Below are positions 1 to 8,667 of a stretch of DNA of 64,000 nt, piece by piece. The stretch comes from Longimicrobiales bacterium. GTDB lineage: Bacteria > Gemmatimonadota > Gemmatimonadetes > Longimicrobiales > Gaopeijiaceae. The notes under the pieces were generated by a model. It was given only the letters and a program-made list of their open reading frames with translations. It was not told the origin of the DNA and ran no database searches. The DNA is taken from contig CAXXKM010000002.1 of NCBI GenBank assembly GCA_963664435.2, positions 704,001 through 768,000 of the forward strand. The letters run 5' to 3'. Position 1 is the first letter of the stretch, and the number at the start of each line of letters is the position of its first letter. Both the position numbers and the translations under genes were made by a program.

Positions 1-854
1 AGGGCGAGAGGCTCGCCGTCGAGGGAGACCTCGATCTGCTCGCCGGGGGTGACGCCGCCGGTGATCTCGCCGGTCGTGGTGTGCTCGAACCAGAGCTGGA
101 AGTTGTATTCGCCGTCGGCCGGGAAGTTGTGCACCACGCTCACGCCCCCGCGGGTGCCGCGGGGCGCGCCGGGCACCCTGTCCCACTGCGAGGCATAGCC
201 CGAGTTGGTGTAGGTCACCGAGTTGCTGGGGGCGTCGGGTATACCCACCGCAAGCCGGCTGATCTCGTCGGCGGCGCGCAGGTAGGCGTCCAGGTTGGTC
301 GGGGAGAGCATCTGAACGTCGGCGATGTTGTCGAAGTTCGCGCTCTTGGTGTCGAGCGGCAGATAGTCGCCGCCATCGATTTCGAGGTCGAGCAGGTCGC
401 GGATGGATGCCGCGTATTCGGCCCGGTTCAGCCGCTGGAAGGAACGGTTGCCCGGCATCGGGTTGCCCGCGGCGGCATCGTCGATGAGCTGTTCGAGAGT
501 CTCGACCAGCATGACCAGGGTGTCGCCCGCGGGCCTCGGCATTCCTGGCGGAGGCATCATGCCCGCGCGCAGCTTGCGGATCATCTTCTCTGCCGTCTCG
601 GCAGACTCCGGGGCGTTTTCGACGTGGAAGGCGGCGAGGCTGAGATTGCCCGTCAGGAGCGCGTCGTTGTGGCACACCTGGCAGTACATGCGCACGACGC
701 CCGTCAGGTCTTCGGGGGAGATGTCGCGGGAGGCTTCCGCTGCTGAGGAGAGAGCGACGAGTTCGGGGTTCCGGTCGGGGATCGACCCGGACTGATGCCC
801 GACTGCCGCGGTCAGGCCTGCGAGCGCCATCGCGCTGGCGAAGTGGAGTCTCAT
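1..854 (-). CDS. DUF1587/DUF1592-type (planctomycete cytochrome c domain) exported protein, partial (runs off the left edge)
   Basis: Manual minus-strand translation from ATG 854: MRLHFASAMALAGLTAAVG (signal-like), heme motif CQVCH, KLRAGMMPP, QRLNRAEYAASIRDLL, NFDNIAD. No stop before the window edge, so it is absent from the ORF track. Confidence 0.8.
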   Translation of the reverse strand, partial: MRLHFASAMALAGLTAAVGHQSGSIPDRNPELVALSSAAEASRDISPEDLTGVVRMYCQVCHNDALLTGNLSLAAFHVENAPESAETAEKMIRKLRAGMMPPPGMPRPAGDTLVMLVETLEQLIDDAAAGNPMPGNRSFQRLNRAEYAASIRDLLDLEIDGGDYLPLDTKSANFDNIADVQMLSPTNLDAYLRAADEISRLAVGIPDAPSNSVTYTNSGYASQWDRVPGAPRGTRGGVSVVHNFPADGEYNFQLWFEHTTTGEITGGVTPGEQIEVSLDGEPLA

Positions 855-1168
855 GGCGTCTGCCCTTCCGGATGTGCGTCGCGGTGACTCGGACCTGAGT
901 CCCTGGCTGGCCGGAAGATCCGGCGCCGGCCCGCCAAGGGCGGAAACCTGGCACCAGGAGACGGCTAGCCAGCATACACTGTACTGCCTGCGGACACGGT
1001 TCCGCAATATTCGCGCAAGAGAGAATCTACGCGTGTACGCGCACGTGGGAGCATCTCGCACGGATGAGGGCCGTGTGCTAACGTGGCGGTACGCCCCTCC
1101 GGCACCAGGGGCGGCCGGGCCCGACCGGACGTGGCCCGGCATGCCTTCCGAGTACAAGGAGCATCAAG

Positions 1169-2071
1169 ATGAAAGCATGGTCCGCTCTATCCGTTCTCAT
1201 CCTAGCGGCGGTCGGGTTTCTCGTCATGCGTCCCGGCCAGGACCCGGACTCGCAGGCACCCACCGCGATGCAGGCGCCGACGCCCGAGGAGCGGGAGGCC
1301 GCCTTCCAGGCCGAGATCCGCATGGAAAACCCGATCGCTCCGCTGAACTCGGTCTGGATCGAGGAGCTGACCTGGATCGAGGTCCGGGACGCGATGGCCG
1401 CCGGCAAGACCACTGCCATCATTCCCACGGGCGGCATCGAGCAGAACGGTCCCTACGTCGCCCTCGGGAAGCACAACTACGTGCTCGAGGGGGCCTGCGA
1501 CGCCATTGCGCGTGAGTTGGGCAACGCCCTCTGCACGCCCATCATCAAGCTGGTGCCCGAGGGCGGATTCGAGCCCAGGACCGGGCACATGCGCTATCCC
1601 GGAACCCTTACCGTGCGCGACGAGACCTTCCGGATGATGCTGGAAGACGTGGGGCACAGCCTGCATGTGCACGGCTTCGAGCACATCATCTACATCGGCG
1701 ACAGCGGCGGGAACCAGGCCGGCATGGCTGCCGCGGCAGCCGCCCTCAACGAGCGCTGGGGCGAGACCAAGGCGCACCACATCGCGGGCTACTACGACAA
1801 CGCCGGCGTCGTGGCGCGCATGAGCGAGCTGGGGGTGGAGGAAGGCCCCAGCGACGGCTACCACGACACGTACTGGCTGACCTCCATGCAGATGACGGTC
1901 GATCCCTCGTCGGTGCGCTACGACGAGCGCGTCGCCGCCGGGAAGGCCACCATCAACGGCGTCTCGATCGCTCCCATGGAGGAGACCATCGCGCTCGGCG
2001 AGCAGCTGATGGAGTGGCGCAACAACAAGACGGTGGAGCTGATCCGGGAAGCGATCGCGGGAAGCTCTTAG
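1169..2071 (+). CDS. Creatininase-fold (creatinine amidohydrolase family) protein, exported or membrane-anchored
   Basis: ELTWIEVRD, PTGGIEQNGP, HMRYPGTLTV, IGDSGGN; hydrophobic N-terminus; aggag RBS upstream. Confidence 0.85.
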   Translation: MKAWSALSVLILAAVGFLVMRPGQDPDSQAPTAMQAPTPEEREAAFQAEIRMENPIAPLNSVWIEELTWIEVRDAMAAGKTTAIIPTGGIEQNGPYVALGKHNYVLEGACDAIARELGNALCTPIIKLVPEGGFEPRTGHMRYPGTLTVRDETFRMMLEDVGHSLHVHGFEHIIYIGDSGGNQAGMAAAAAALNERWGETKAHHIAGYYDNAGVVARMSELGVEEGPSDGYHDTYWLTSMQMTVDPSSVRYDERVAAGKATINGVSIAPMEETIALGEQLMEWRNNKTVELIREAIAGSS

Positions 2072-2092
2072 CTTAGTTCATCCGACTAAGTC
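2072..2092. repeat. Palindromic intergenic motif, copy 1 (GACTTAGTC-N4-GAACTAAG on the minus strand)
   Basis: cttagttcatccgactaagtc immediately after the stop codon, between convergent genes; arms match the copy at 27751-27775. Confidence 0.6.
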
Positions 2093-2117
2093 AGGAACTC
2101 CTGGCGCACGCCGCGGG

Positions 2118-4016
2118 TCAGAACGCGAACCCTCCCCTCTGGAAGGCAGGGTTTCCGTCCACCAGCGTGAGCAGGACCCGGTCGCCCATCTCCAGGATCC
2201 GGTCCGGCTCGCGCTCCAGCTCCCACAGGTCCTCGAGGTCGAGCACCACCAGGTCGGCGACCTTGCCGGGCTCCAAGCTGCCGGTCCAGTCATCCGAGTA
2301 GGTCAGGTAGGCGTTGTCGATGGTCATCCCGCGTAGCGCCTCCTCGAGCGTGATGATCTGCTCCGGTCCATGCTGGTCTCCCCAGAGATCCGTGCGCGTG
2401 AGCATGGCGTAGAGTCCGATCCAGGGACTGTACGGCGAGGTGCCGTAGTCGGAGCCCACCGCGATGCGCACCCCGGAGTCCAGGTAGCTGCGCATCGGCT
2501 TCAGGCGGGCCATGCGCCCGGGGCTCAGGTTGGCGGAGAAGGAGCGGCCCTGGTGGTAGATGAACGACGGGTTGACGGCTGCGATGATGCCGTAGTCGGC
2601 CATCTTCTCGAGGACGCTGGTCTCCTCTTCCATGGGCAGGTAGGCGTGGATGACGCTCCAGCGCAGATCGGCGTCCGGGTCCTCGGCCCGGATGGAGTCC
2701 ATCAGCTTCGCGAAGATGTCGACCGTCTGCTTCATGCCCAGATCGCCGGTCGAGTGGATGTGCGGTTCCCAGCCGCGGTCGACGGTCGGGCGCAGCTGCG
2801 CCTCGCGCACATCGTCCTCCACCCAGTGGTAGCCGTGGTTGGGCTCGCCCTCGATGCTCTCCCAGTCCACGAAGGGCACGGACACCCATGAACTGCGTGT
2901 GCCGGCCCCGCCGTCGATCTGCCACTTGGTGCCGCGCCAGCGCAGGAAGCGGTCGCCCAGGTTGTTGAAGGGGAGGGCGGCGAAGTGGGCGTCGATCTCC
3001 TCCGGGGACTGGGTGTTCCACATGCCCTCGTATACCTGCAGGATGCGGAAGTGCAGCAGGCCGCGGTCGCGGGCGTCCTGGTAGGGGCGCATCACCCGGC
3101 CGCCTCCACCGGGGTCCACGATGGCGGTCACGCCCAGGCTGGTCATCTCGCGGCTGCCGTAGTCGATGGCGCGCAGCTGGGCCTCGTAGTCGCGCTGGGG
3201 CGGGTTCACCGTCACCAGCCGCGTCGCGTTCCCGAGGAACATCCCGGTGGGCACTTCCACCTCGCGGGTCTGCCCGTCCACCGTCAGCGTGCGCATCTCG
3301 CGGAAGACCCTGTCCTCGTAGTTGAACCAGTCCAGGTCCTGGAGCCACCAGTCGGGCCAGGTGGAGGAGTCGGAGTCGTCGATGCCCATCAGGCGGAAGG
3401 CGGCCGTGTTGACCGCGACGCCGCGATAAACCCGGCCCAGCCGGAGCGGATTGTCGGGCGTGTGCTCGTCGAGTTGCCAGCGGGTGAAGGGCCTCTCGTA
3501 CTTGTGCTCGTCCCATCCGCGGCTCGTGACCCACTCGCCGGGCTCGGGGTCGAGGCGCTCCATCAGGTCGGCGATCAGCTGCACGATCTCTTCGGTGCTC
3601 ATGGCGTAGCGGAGGTCGTTCTCGAATTCCGCCTCGATCCCCAATTGTGAGAAATGGAGGTGGGAGTCGATCAGGCCGGGCAGGACGACGCGTCCCCCCA
3701 GGTCGGTCACGCGCGTGTCCGGGCCGGCAAGGGCGAGAACCTCCTCGTCGGTGCCGACCCGCATGATCTCGGACCCGCCTGGACTCCGGCGCCAGGCGAT
3801 GGCCTGGGCGACCGAGAAGTCGTCGTCGACGGCGGCGACCTGTCCGTTGTGCAGGATGCGGTCGGGCGTCGCCGCGCCCGTGGACGCACCCTGCCCGCAC
3901 GCGGCCGCCCCGAGCAGCAGGACGCTGGCGAGGAGCGCGGCAAGAGGGCTGCCCCGGTCGAGGGGGAGGCGGATGTCCGGGCGCCCGGGCGAGCGGTCGG
4001 GTCTGGATGCGTGCAT
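2118..4016 (-). CDS. Amidohydrolase_3 (YtcJ-like) metal-dependent hydrolase, lipoprotein
   Basis: PGLIDSHLH, HIHSTGD, VIHA, GSDY, GSLEPGKVADLVVL; lipobox-like LGAAAC. True start may be downstream of 4016. Confidence 0.88.
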   Translation of the reverse strand: MHASRPDRSPGRPDIRLPLDRGSPLAALLASVLLLGAAACGQGASTGAATPDRILHNGQVAAVDDDFSVAQAIAWRRSPGGSEIMRVGTDEEVLALAGPDTRVTDLGGRVVLPGLIDSHLHFSQLGIEAEFENDLRYAMSTEEIVQLIADLMERLDPEPGEWVTSRGWDEHKYERPFTRWQLDEHTPDNPLRLGRVYRGVAVNTAAFRLMGIDDSDSSTWPDWWLQDLDWFNYEDRVFREMRTLTVDGQTREVEVPTGMFLGNATRLVTVNPPQRDYEAQLRAIDYGSREMTSLGVTAIVDPGGGGRVMRPYQDARDRGLLHFRILQVYEGMWNTQSPEEIDAHFAALPFNNLGDRFLRWRGTKWQIDGGAGTRSSWVSVPFVDWESIEGEPNHGYHWVEDDVREAQLRPTVDRGWEPHIHSTGDLGMKQTVDIFAKLMDSIRAEDPDADLRWSVIHAYLPMEEETSVLEKMADYGIIAAVNPSFIYHQGRSFSANLSPGRMARLKPMRSYLDSGVRIAVGSDYGTSPYSPWIGLYAMLTRTDLWGDQHGPEQIITLEEALRGMTIDNAYLTYSDDWTGSLEPGKVADLVVLDLEDLWELEREPDRILEMGDRVLLTLVDGNPAFQRGGFAF

Positions 4017-4208
4017 CTGTCAATCCGGGGTTCGGGGTCGGCGTGGGGGTTGTCCCGTCATTGTAGCGCGCGAACGCGCGTTCCGCCCGACTCCCGCGGC
4101 GTCCATCCGCTGCCGACCCGGTCGGGCAGAAGAAGCCCCGGCCCATCCCTGCCGGGCAGCAGGAGACCGGGATCCGAGGCGAAGGTGAACCCCGTGTCGG
4201 GAGCAATA

Positions 4209-4247
4209 GCGAACCCTCCCCGGAGATTGCTCCCGGGGAGGGTTCGC
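4209..4247 (-). terminator. Strong GC hairpin downstream of the lipoprotein gene; probable intrinsic terminator
   Basis: gcgaaccctccccgg-N9-ccggggagggttcgc, a perfect 15-bp inverted repeat 28 nt past the stop at 4275; U-tract is weak. Confidence 0.6.
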
Positions 4248-4274
4248 AGTACTGCCTGGACTGGCTGAGTCCTG

Positions 4275-4754
4275 CTAGCCGTCGTCGTGCTCGTGTACGT
4301 GAATGTGGAGTGGTTCGGTCACGAAGTCCGCGTGTCCGGACCCGACCGCGCCGTGCATCAGGCTGAAGGTGATCTCGGTGTCGCCTTCCGCCTGTCCGTG
4401 CAGGTGTCCGCCGAACTCCCCAGGGGTGTCCTGCTCGAATTCGGCGATGGCTTCGTCCTCGACTTCCGCTTGGAGGTAGTAGTCGTCATCAAGTACCACC
4501 GCCGCTCCGTTGTGGTCCAGGAAGCGTACGCTGATGTGGGCGGTCTCCTCGCCCGGCTCGACCTCCAGCTCTCCGGTCCACTCACCGTCGTGTCCATCGT
4601 AGGACGCGATGGTCTGGCCGCTCAGCACCAGCGCCACGCCCTCGACTTCCTCTGCATGGTCTTCTTCGGGTTCGGTCGCACTCTCGCATGCCGAGAGAGC
4701 CAGGATGCCTGCGGTCAGCAGGGCGAACGGTAGTCTCAGTCTCGAATGTCTCAT
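4275..4754 (-). CDS. His/acidic-rich lipoprotein, putative periplasmic metal-binding partner of the TonB-dependent receptor
   Basis: Lipobox LSAC; EPEEDHAEE, GGHLHG, MHGAVGSGHADF, C-terminal HIHVHEHDDG; directly downstream of the receptor. Confidence 0.75.
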   Translation of the reverse strand: MRHSRLRLPFALLTAGILALSACESATEPEEDHAEEVEGVALVLSGQTIASYDGHDGEWTGELEVEPGEETAHISVRFLDHNGAAVVLDDDYYLQAEVEDEAIAEFEQDTPGEFGGHLHGQAEGDTEITFSLMHGAVGSGHADFVTEPLHIHVHEHDDG

Positions 4755-4831
4755 CTTTCATTTTACCTCGTTGATGTTGTTCCCTGGCCGTCCCTGTCGC
4801 GAAGCGTCTCCGCAACTGCCGGGACCTCGCT

Positions 4832-7048
4832 CTAGAAGACGACCCTGTATGCCACGCTGATGGATCTCCCCGCTTCGGGCATGATTTCCTTTACGCGCGA
4901 CAGGTGGTTCCTGTACTCGGCATTGCCAAGATTCTCTCCCCGCACGGTGATCACGTTCAGCCGCCCCCTGACCGTGATCCGAATTCCGGCGGAGAGATCG
5001 AAAACAGCATATCCGTCCGTTGCGCTCTCGAAGGGGCCGGTCCGGTCCTGGCGAGCGGCAACCCGGGTTTCGGCCTCCACGAACCAGGCGCGCGGCGCGT
5101 AGCCGACGGCGAAACGCCCTTGCAGTGGCGGGATCAGGGGAAGCGGCTCATCGGTCGCCTTGATCCTGCCGCGGACGTGGGAAGCCACCGCTTCCACGGT
5201 CAGATCGCCGACCACTACCCATTCCAGGGCGCTCTCGAAACCGTTGAGCACGGCGTCGTCTCCGTGAAACTGGAAGATGGGCAGCCGCACTCGGCTCAAC
5301 TCTCCCGTTTCCAGGGGGAAGACATACCCCGAGATTGCGTTGTGGAACACGGTCATCTCGGCGTTGAGCCGGTCCCCCGTAAAGCGCACGAACATGTCGA
5401 TGCCGGTGCCGCGTTCGGTTTCGAGCGACGGGTTTCCCACTTCGAAGGCATAGGCCGCCAGGTGCGGACCCTCGGAGAAGAGTTCGTTGACGCTCGGGGT
5501 GCGGAAGGCCCGGGCGACGGAGGCGCCCACCGTGAAGTTCCGGGTCAACCGTCCGAGTGCCCCCAGCGATCCGGATGCCGCGCCGAACGATCGCGCGCGG
5601 ATGTGGCCTATATCGGATGAGGGATCCTCCCGATCCGGCCGCACGCGCGCCCAGTCGTAGCGAAGGCCGGCTTCCACGCGTATCGGATCCAGATCGATTT
5701 CTTCCAGCGCGTAGGCGGCGAAGGAGGCGTGGGTGGAGTTCGGGGTGTACAATCCGCCGCCGAAGCCGAAGCTCTCCCAGGAAGCCCGCGTTCCCACTCC
5801 CCCCGAAGTGAACGGTCCCCAGTCCGCGTGGCGGGCCAGGATCTCGCCGCTGACCGTCTGGCGCTCAAAGAGCGTCCCCAGAATATCGGGGGGTTCGATC
5901 TCCTTGTGCCGGTACCAGGTGTAGCCTGCGTCGATCTCGATGGTCTCGAAGACCCCATCGGACCTGACCAGGCTCCTGAGCCGGGTTGCGGTCCGCTCCA
6001 TTTCGACGCGAACCCCGGCTTCGTGACCCCCGATGAATCCTCCAGGGATGCCGTAGTCGTTGTCGTAGTAGCGGAAGGTGGCGCCGGCGTGGCCCCAGTC
6101 GTCCACCCAGGATGTTCCACCCGAGAACTCCAGGACATCGGTGCCGGTGTTCCGGAGCACTCCGGCCGGGGTCTTCAGGTCGCCGCTGGTGCGGCGCGCG
6201 AACTCCAGCCGCACGGGGATATGGTCGGTCAGGCCATACGTGGCACTCAGGCTACCGCCGGCCGCGTTGCTGACGCTTTGTCCCTGGAGGGTGAAGGCCC
6301 CGGTGAGGTGGTGGGGCACAGAGGCGGGCACGTCGTCGCGCACGACGTTGATGATGCCCCCGAGGGCGTTGCTCCCGTAGAGGATCGCGCCCGGTCCGCG
6401 GATGACCTCGACCCGGCGCGCCGACGAGGCGTCGATTGCCGTGGCGTGGTCGGGACCGCTCGCGAACTGGTCGCCCACCCTCTGTCCATCCTCGAGCATG
6501 AGGATGCGGTCCCCGCTGAGGCCCCGGATCACCGGGTGCGCGGAACCCGGTCCCATGCTGCTCACGGCGAGCCCGGGTTCGGAGGCCAGCGTTTCCGCCA
6601 GGGTCCCGGCCAGGCGACGCTGCAGCTCTTCTCCCGCGAATACGCTGGCCGGCCGCAACACCTCGTTGGCCGCGCGCGCCACCAGCGACCCGGTGACCAC
6701 GACGGGCGGCAGCGAGATGGGGTTGGCTTCCATCTCCACCACCACGATCTCATCGCTCGACGCGTCCACTTCAAGCGAAATCGTGCGATAGCCCAGGCGC
6801 TCGACCCGCACCGTGTAGATGCGCAGACCCGGCACGGGCACGTGGAACGTGCCGTCGCCATGGGAGACTGCCATGGCGGCCGCGGCGCCGATCGACACTA
6901 CGGCGCCGGCGAGGGGCTCGTTCGAGTCGACGTCGCGTACGACGCCCTCGATCTCGCCCTCGTGCTCGACCTGCGCGGACGAGCCTGCGGCCCCGAGAGC
7001 CATTGCCAGAACTGCCGGAATGGAACCGGTCAGTCGCCTCAGTTTCAT
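4832..7048 (-). CDS. TonB-dependent outer-membrane receptor, ZnuD-like metal-uptake type
   Basis: Signal peptide, carboxypeptidase-regulatory-like N-domain, VVVTGS, plug PVIRGLSGDRILMLEDG...GPDHATAID...VEVIRGPGAILYGSNALGG, ELFSEGPH, C-terminal RNHLSRVKEIMPEAGRS...YRVVF. Confidence 0.92.
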   Translation of the reverse strand: MKLRRLTGSIPAVLAMALGAAGSSAQVEHEGEIEGVVRDVDSNEPLAGAVVSIGAAAAMAVSHGDGTFHVPVPGLRIYTVRVERLGYRTISLEVDASSDEIVVVEMEANPISLPPVVVTGSLVARAANEVLRPASVFAGEELQRRLAGTLAETLASEPGLAVSSMGPGSAHPVIRGLSGDRILMLEDGQRVGDQFASGPDHATAIDASSARRVEVIRGPGAILYGSNALGGIINVVRDDVPASVPHHLTGAFTLQGQSVSNAAGGSLSATYGLTDHIPVRLEFARRTSGDLKTPAGVLRNTGTDVLEFSGGTSWVDDWGHAGATFRYYDNDYGIPGGFIGGHEAGVRVEMERTATRLRSLVRSDGVFETIEIDAGYTWYRHKEIEPPDILGTLFERQTVSGEILARHADWGPFTSGGVGTRASWESFGFGGGLYTPNSTHASFAAYALEEIDLDPIRVEAGLRYDWARVRPDREDPSSDIGHIRARSFGAASGSLGALGRLTRNFTVGASVARAFRTPSVNELFSEGPHLAAYAFEVGNPSLETERGTGIDMFVRFTGDRLNAEMTVFHNAISGYVFPLETGELSRVRLPIFQFHGDDAVLNGFESALEWVVVGDLTVEAVASHVRGRIKATDEPLPLIPPLQGRFAVGYAPRAWFVEAETRVAARQDRTGPFESATDGYAVFDLSAGIRITVRGRLNVITVRGENLGNAEYRNHLSRVKEIMPEAGRSISVAYRVVF

Positions 7049-7209
7049 GGACAGCCTTCTTCCAGCCGCACCGACGTGCCTCTCGCTCCTTGCGCCAGGC
7101 TCCGCGGTGCGACTCGCCGAAATGCTTCAGCGGTTAGCGCGAATTACGGGATGGGTTGTTGCCGCGTAATGAGCGGACTGGGGTTCCGGGACAACCAGCC
7201 CGGAAGGCG

Positions 7210-7563
7210 TCAGGCCCGGGGAGGGGCCCTCGGACCGCTGCCGCCGGGCGGAATCGGGCGGTTTTGCCAGGCGGATGCGGTCGGGGTGTCCATGCTGGTT
7301 TCGAATACCAGCGGGAGGTCGATCAGAACGAGGGGGGGAACCCTCGACGACAACGTGCGCGTCAGCTGGCACAGCAGGTGGCTGTGTCCCGTATCGCAGT
7401 GCTCGCTGTTCTCCCCTTCAATATGCACACCGGTGCTCAGCCCTCTGGCTTCGAGCACCGCATCCGCCGAAGGAAGACCGGCGAACGCGGCGAACTGAAC
7501 CAGCGAGAGGGAGAGAACGCCGAAGCGGCGAAGGTCCCGCGATCGAGGAGAAATCGGCTTCAC
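7210..7563 (-). CDS. Small exported leader protein with His/Cys motif and C-terminal RAPP arrest motif (DUF2946/CruR-like)
   Basis: Probable GTG start at 7563 (VKPISPRSRDLRRFGVLSLSLVQFAAFAGLPSADA); HIEGENSEHCDTGHSHLLCQ; ends GSGPRAPPRA*; 161 nt upstream of the receptor start. Confidence 0.7.
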   Translation of the reverse strand: MKPISPRSRDLRRFGVLSLSLVQFAAFAGLPSADAVLEARGLSTGVHIEGENSEHCDTGHSHLLCQLTRTLSSRVPPLVLIDLPLVFETSMDTPTASAWQNRPIPPGGSGPRAPPRA

Positions 7564-7753
7564 AACTATGCCGGCTGGGTACATCCGGGTGCGGCAGGAG
7601 AGCACTCCGGCCTGATGCAGCAAGCTGCGTTCGGCGGCGGAAGGTGTCAAGACGACAACGCGTGGTTTGACCCCCGCCGGCATCCGGCCCACAATACCCG
7701 GATCCCCGCCTTCGGGGACGGGGGGACGGAGTCACCTGAGAGGAGCGGACGAA

Positions 7754-8650
7754 ATGAAACCGGCGAAATGGATACTCGGACTACTGGTGGTCATCCTGCT
7801 TCCGGCTTCACCGGCGGAGGCCCAGGGGCGCCGCAACCTGACCCCGGAGCAGCAGGCCGAACGGCAGCGGCGCATGGAGGAGATGAGAGTTGCCGCGCGG
7901 CCCATCGAGGGCATCAACTCCATCTGGATCGACGAGTTGACGTGGATGGAGGTGCGCGACGAGATCGCCTCCGGGAAGACCATCGGCATCATCGCCACCG
8001 GCGGCGTCGAGCAGAACGGCCCCTATATGGCGGGCGGAAAGCACAACTACGTGCTCGAGGCGATGTGCGATGCGATCGCGCGCGAACTTGGCAACGCGCT
8101 GTGCGCACCGGTCATGAAGTACGTACCCGAGGGCGACCCCGAGAACATCCGGTATCCGGGCACCCTCAGCGTGCGCCAGGAAACCTTCCGCATGGTGCTC
8201 GAGGATGTGGCCAACAGCCTGAAGAGCCAGGGGTTCACCGATGTCGTCTTCATCGGGGACAGCGGCGGCAACCAGAACGGCATGTCGGACACGGCGGAGA
8301 AACTCAACGAGTACTGGGGCGGCACGGCGCGGGCCCACTACATCGAGGAGTATTATCGGGAAGACATCTGGAGCTGCGTATTCCTCGAGGAGGAGCTCGG
8401 GATCTTCCAGAAGCCCGATTTCTGCTCCGCCACGCGCGACATTTACCACGACGACGTGCACTACTCGTCGATCGTGGCCACCACCGACCCGGATCGCATC
8501 CGCGCGCGGCAGCGCATGGAGGAGGGGCTCTACTCGATCAACGAGGTGGAGCTGGGGCCGGTGGAGCGGACCATCGAGATCGGCGAGAGGCTGATCGAAT
8601 ACCGGACGGAGATCACCGTGCGGGCGATTCGCGAGAGCATGGGGCGGTAG
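7754..8650 (+). CDS. Creatininase-fold protein, exported (paralog 2)
   Basis: ATG 7754 with aggag RBS; signal peptide to AEA-Q; ELTWMEVRD, TGGVEQNGP, GGKHN, YPGTLSV, IGDSGGN, YHDD. Confidence 0.85.
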   Translation: MKPAKWILGLLVVILLPASPAEAQGRRNLTPEQQAERQRRMEEMRVAARPIEGINSIWIDELTWMEVRDEIASGKTIGIIATGGVEQNGPYMAGGKHNYVLEAMCDAIARELGNALCAPVMKYVPEGDPENIRYPGTLSVRQETFRMVLEDVANSLKSQGFTDVVFIGDSGGNQNGMSDTAEKLNEYWGGTARAHYIEEYYREDIWSCVFLEEELGIFQKPDFCSATRDIYHDDVHYSSIVATTDPDRIRARQRMEEGLYSINEVELGPVERTIEIGERLIEYRTEITVRAIRESMGR

Positions 8651-8667
8651 TCCGCCGGGCTCGGCTC

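Noticed and set aside
81..795. Plus-strand ORFs 81-746 and 403-795
   Set aside because: Shadows of the minus-strand CxxCH/DUF1587-type gene.
7564..7753. Searched for a Zur/Fur box or cobalamin riboswitch upstream of the receptor locus
   Set aside because: No AT-rich palindrome or B12-box recognisable by eye; a covariance-model search would be needed to exclude a riboswitch.
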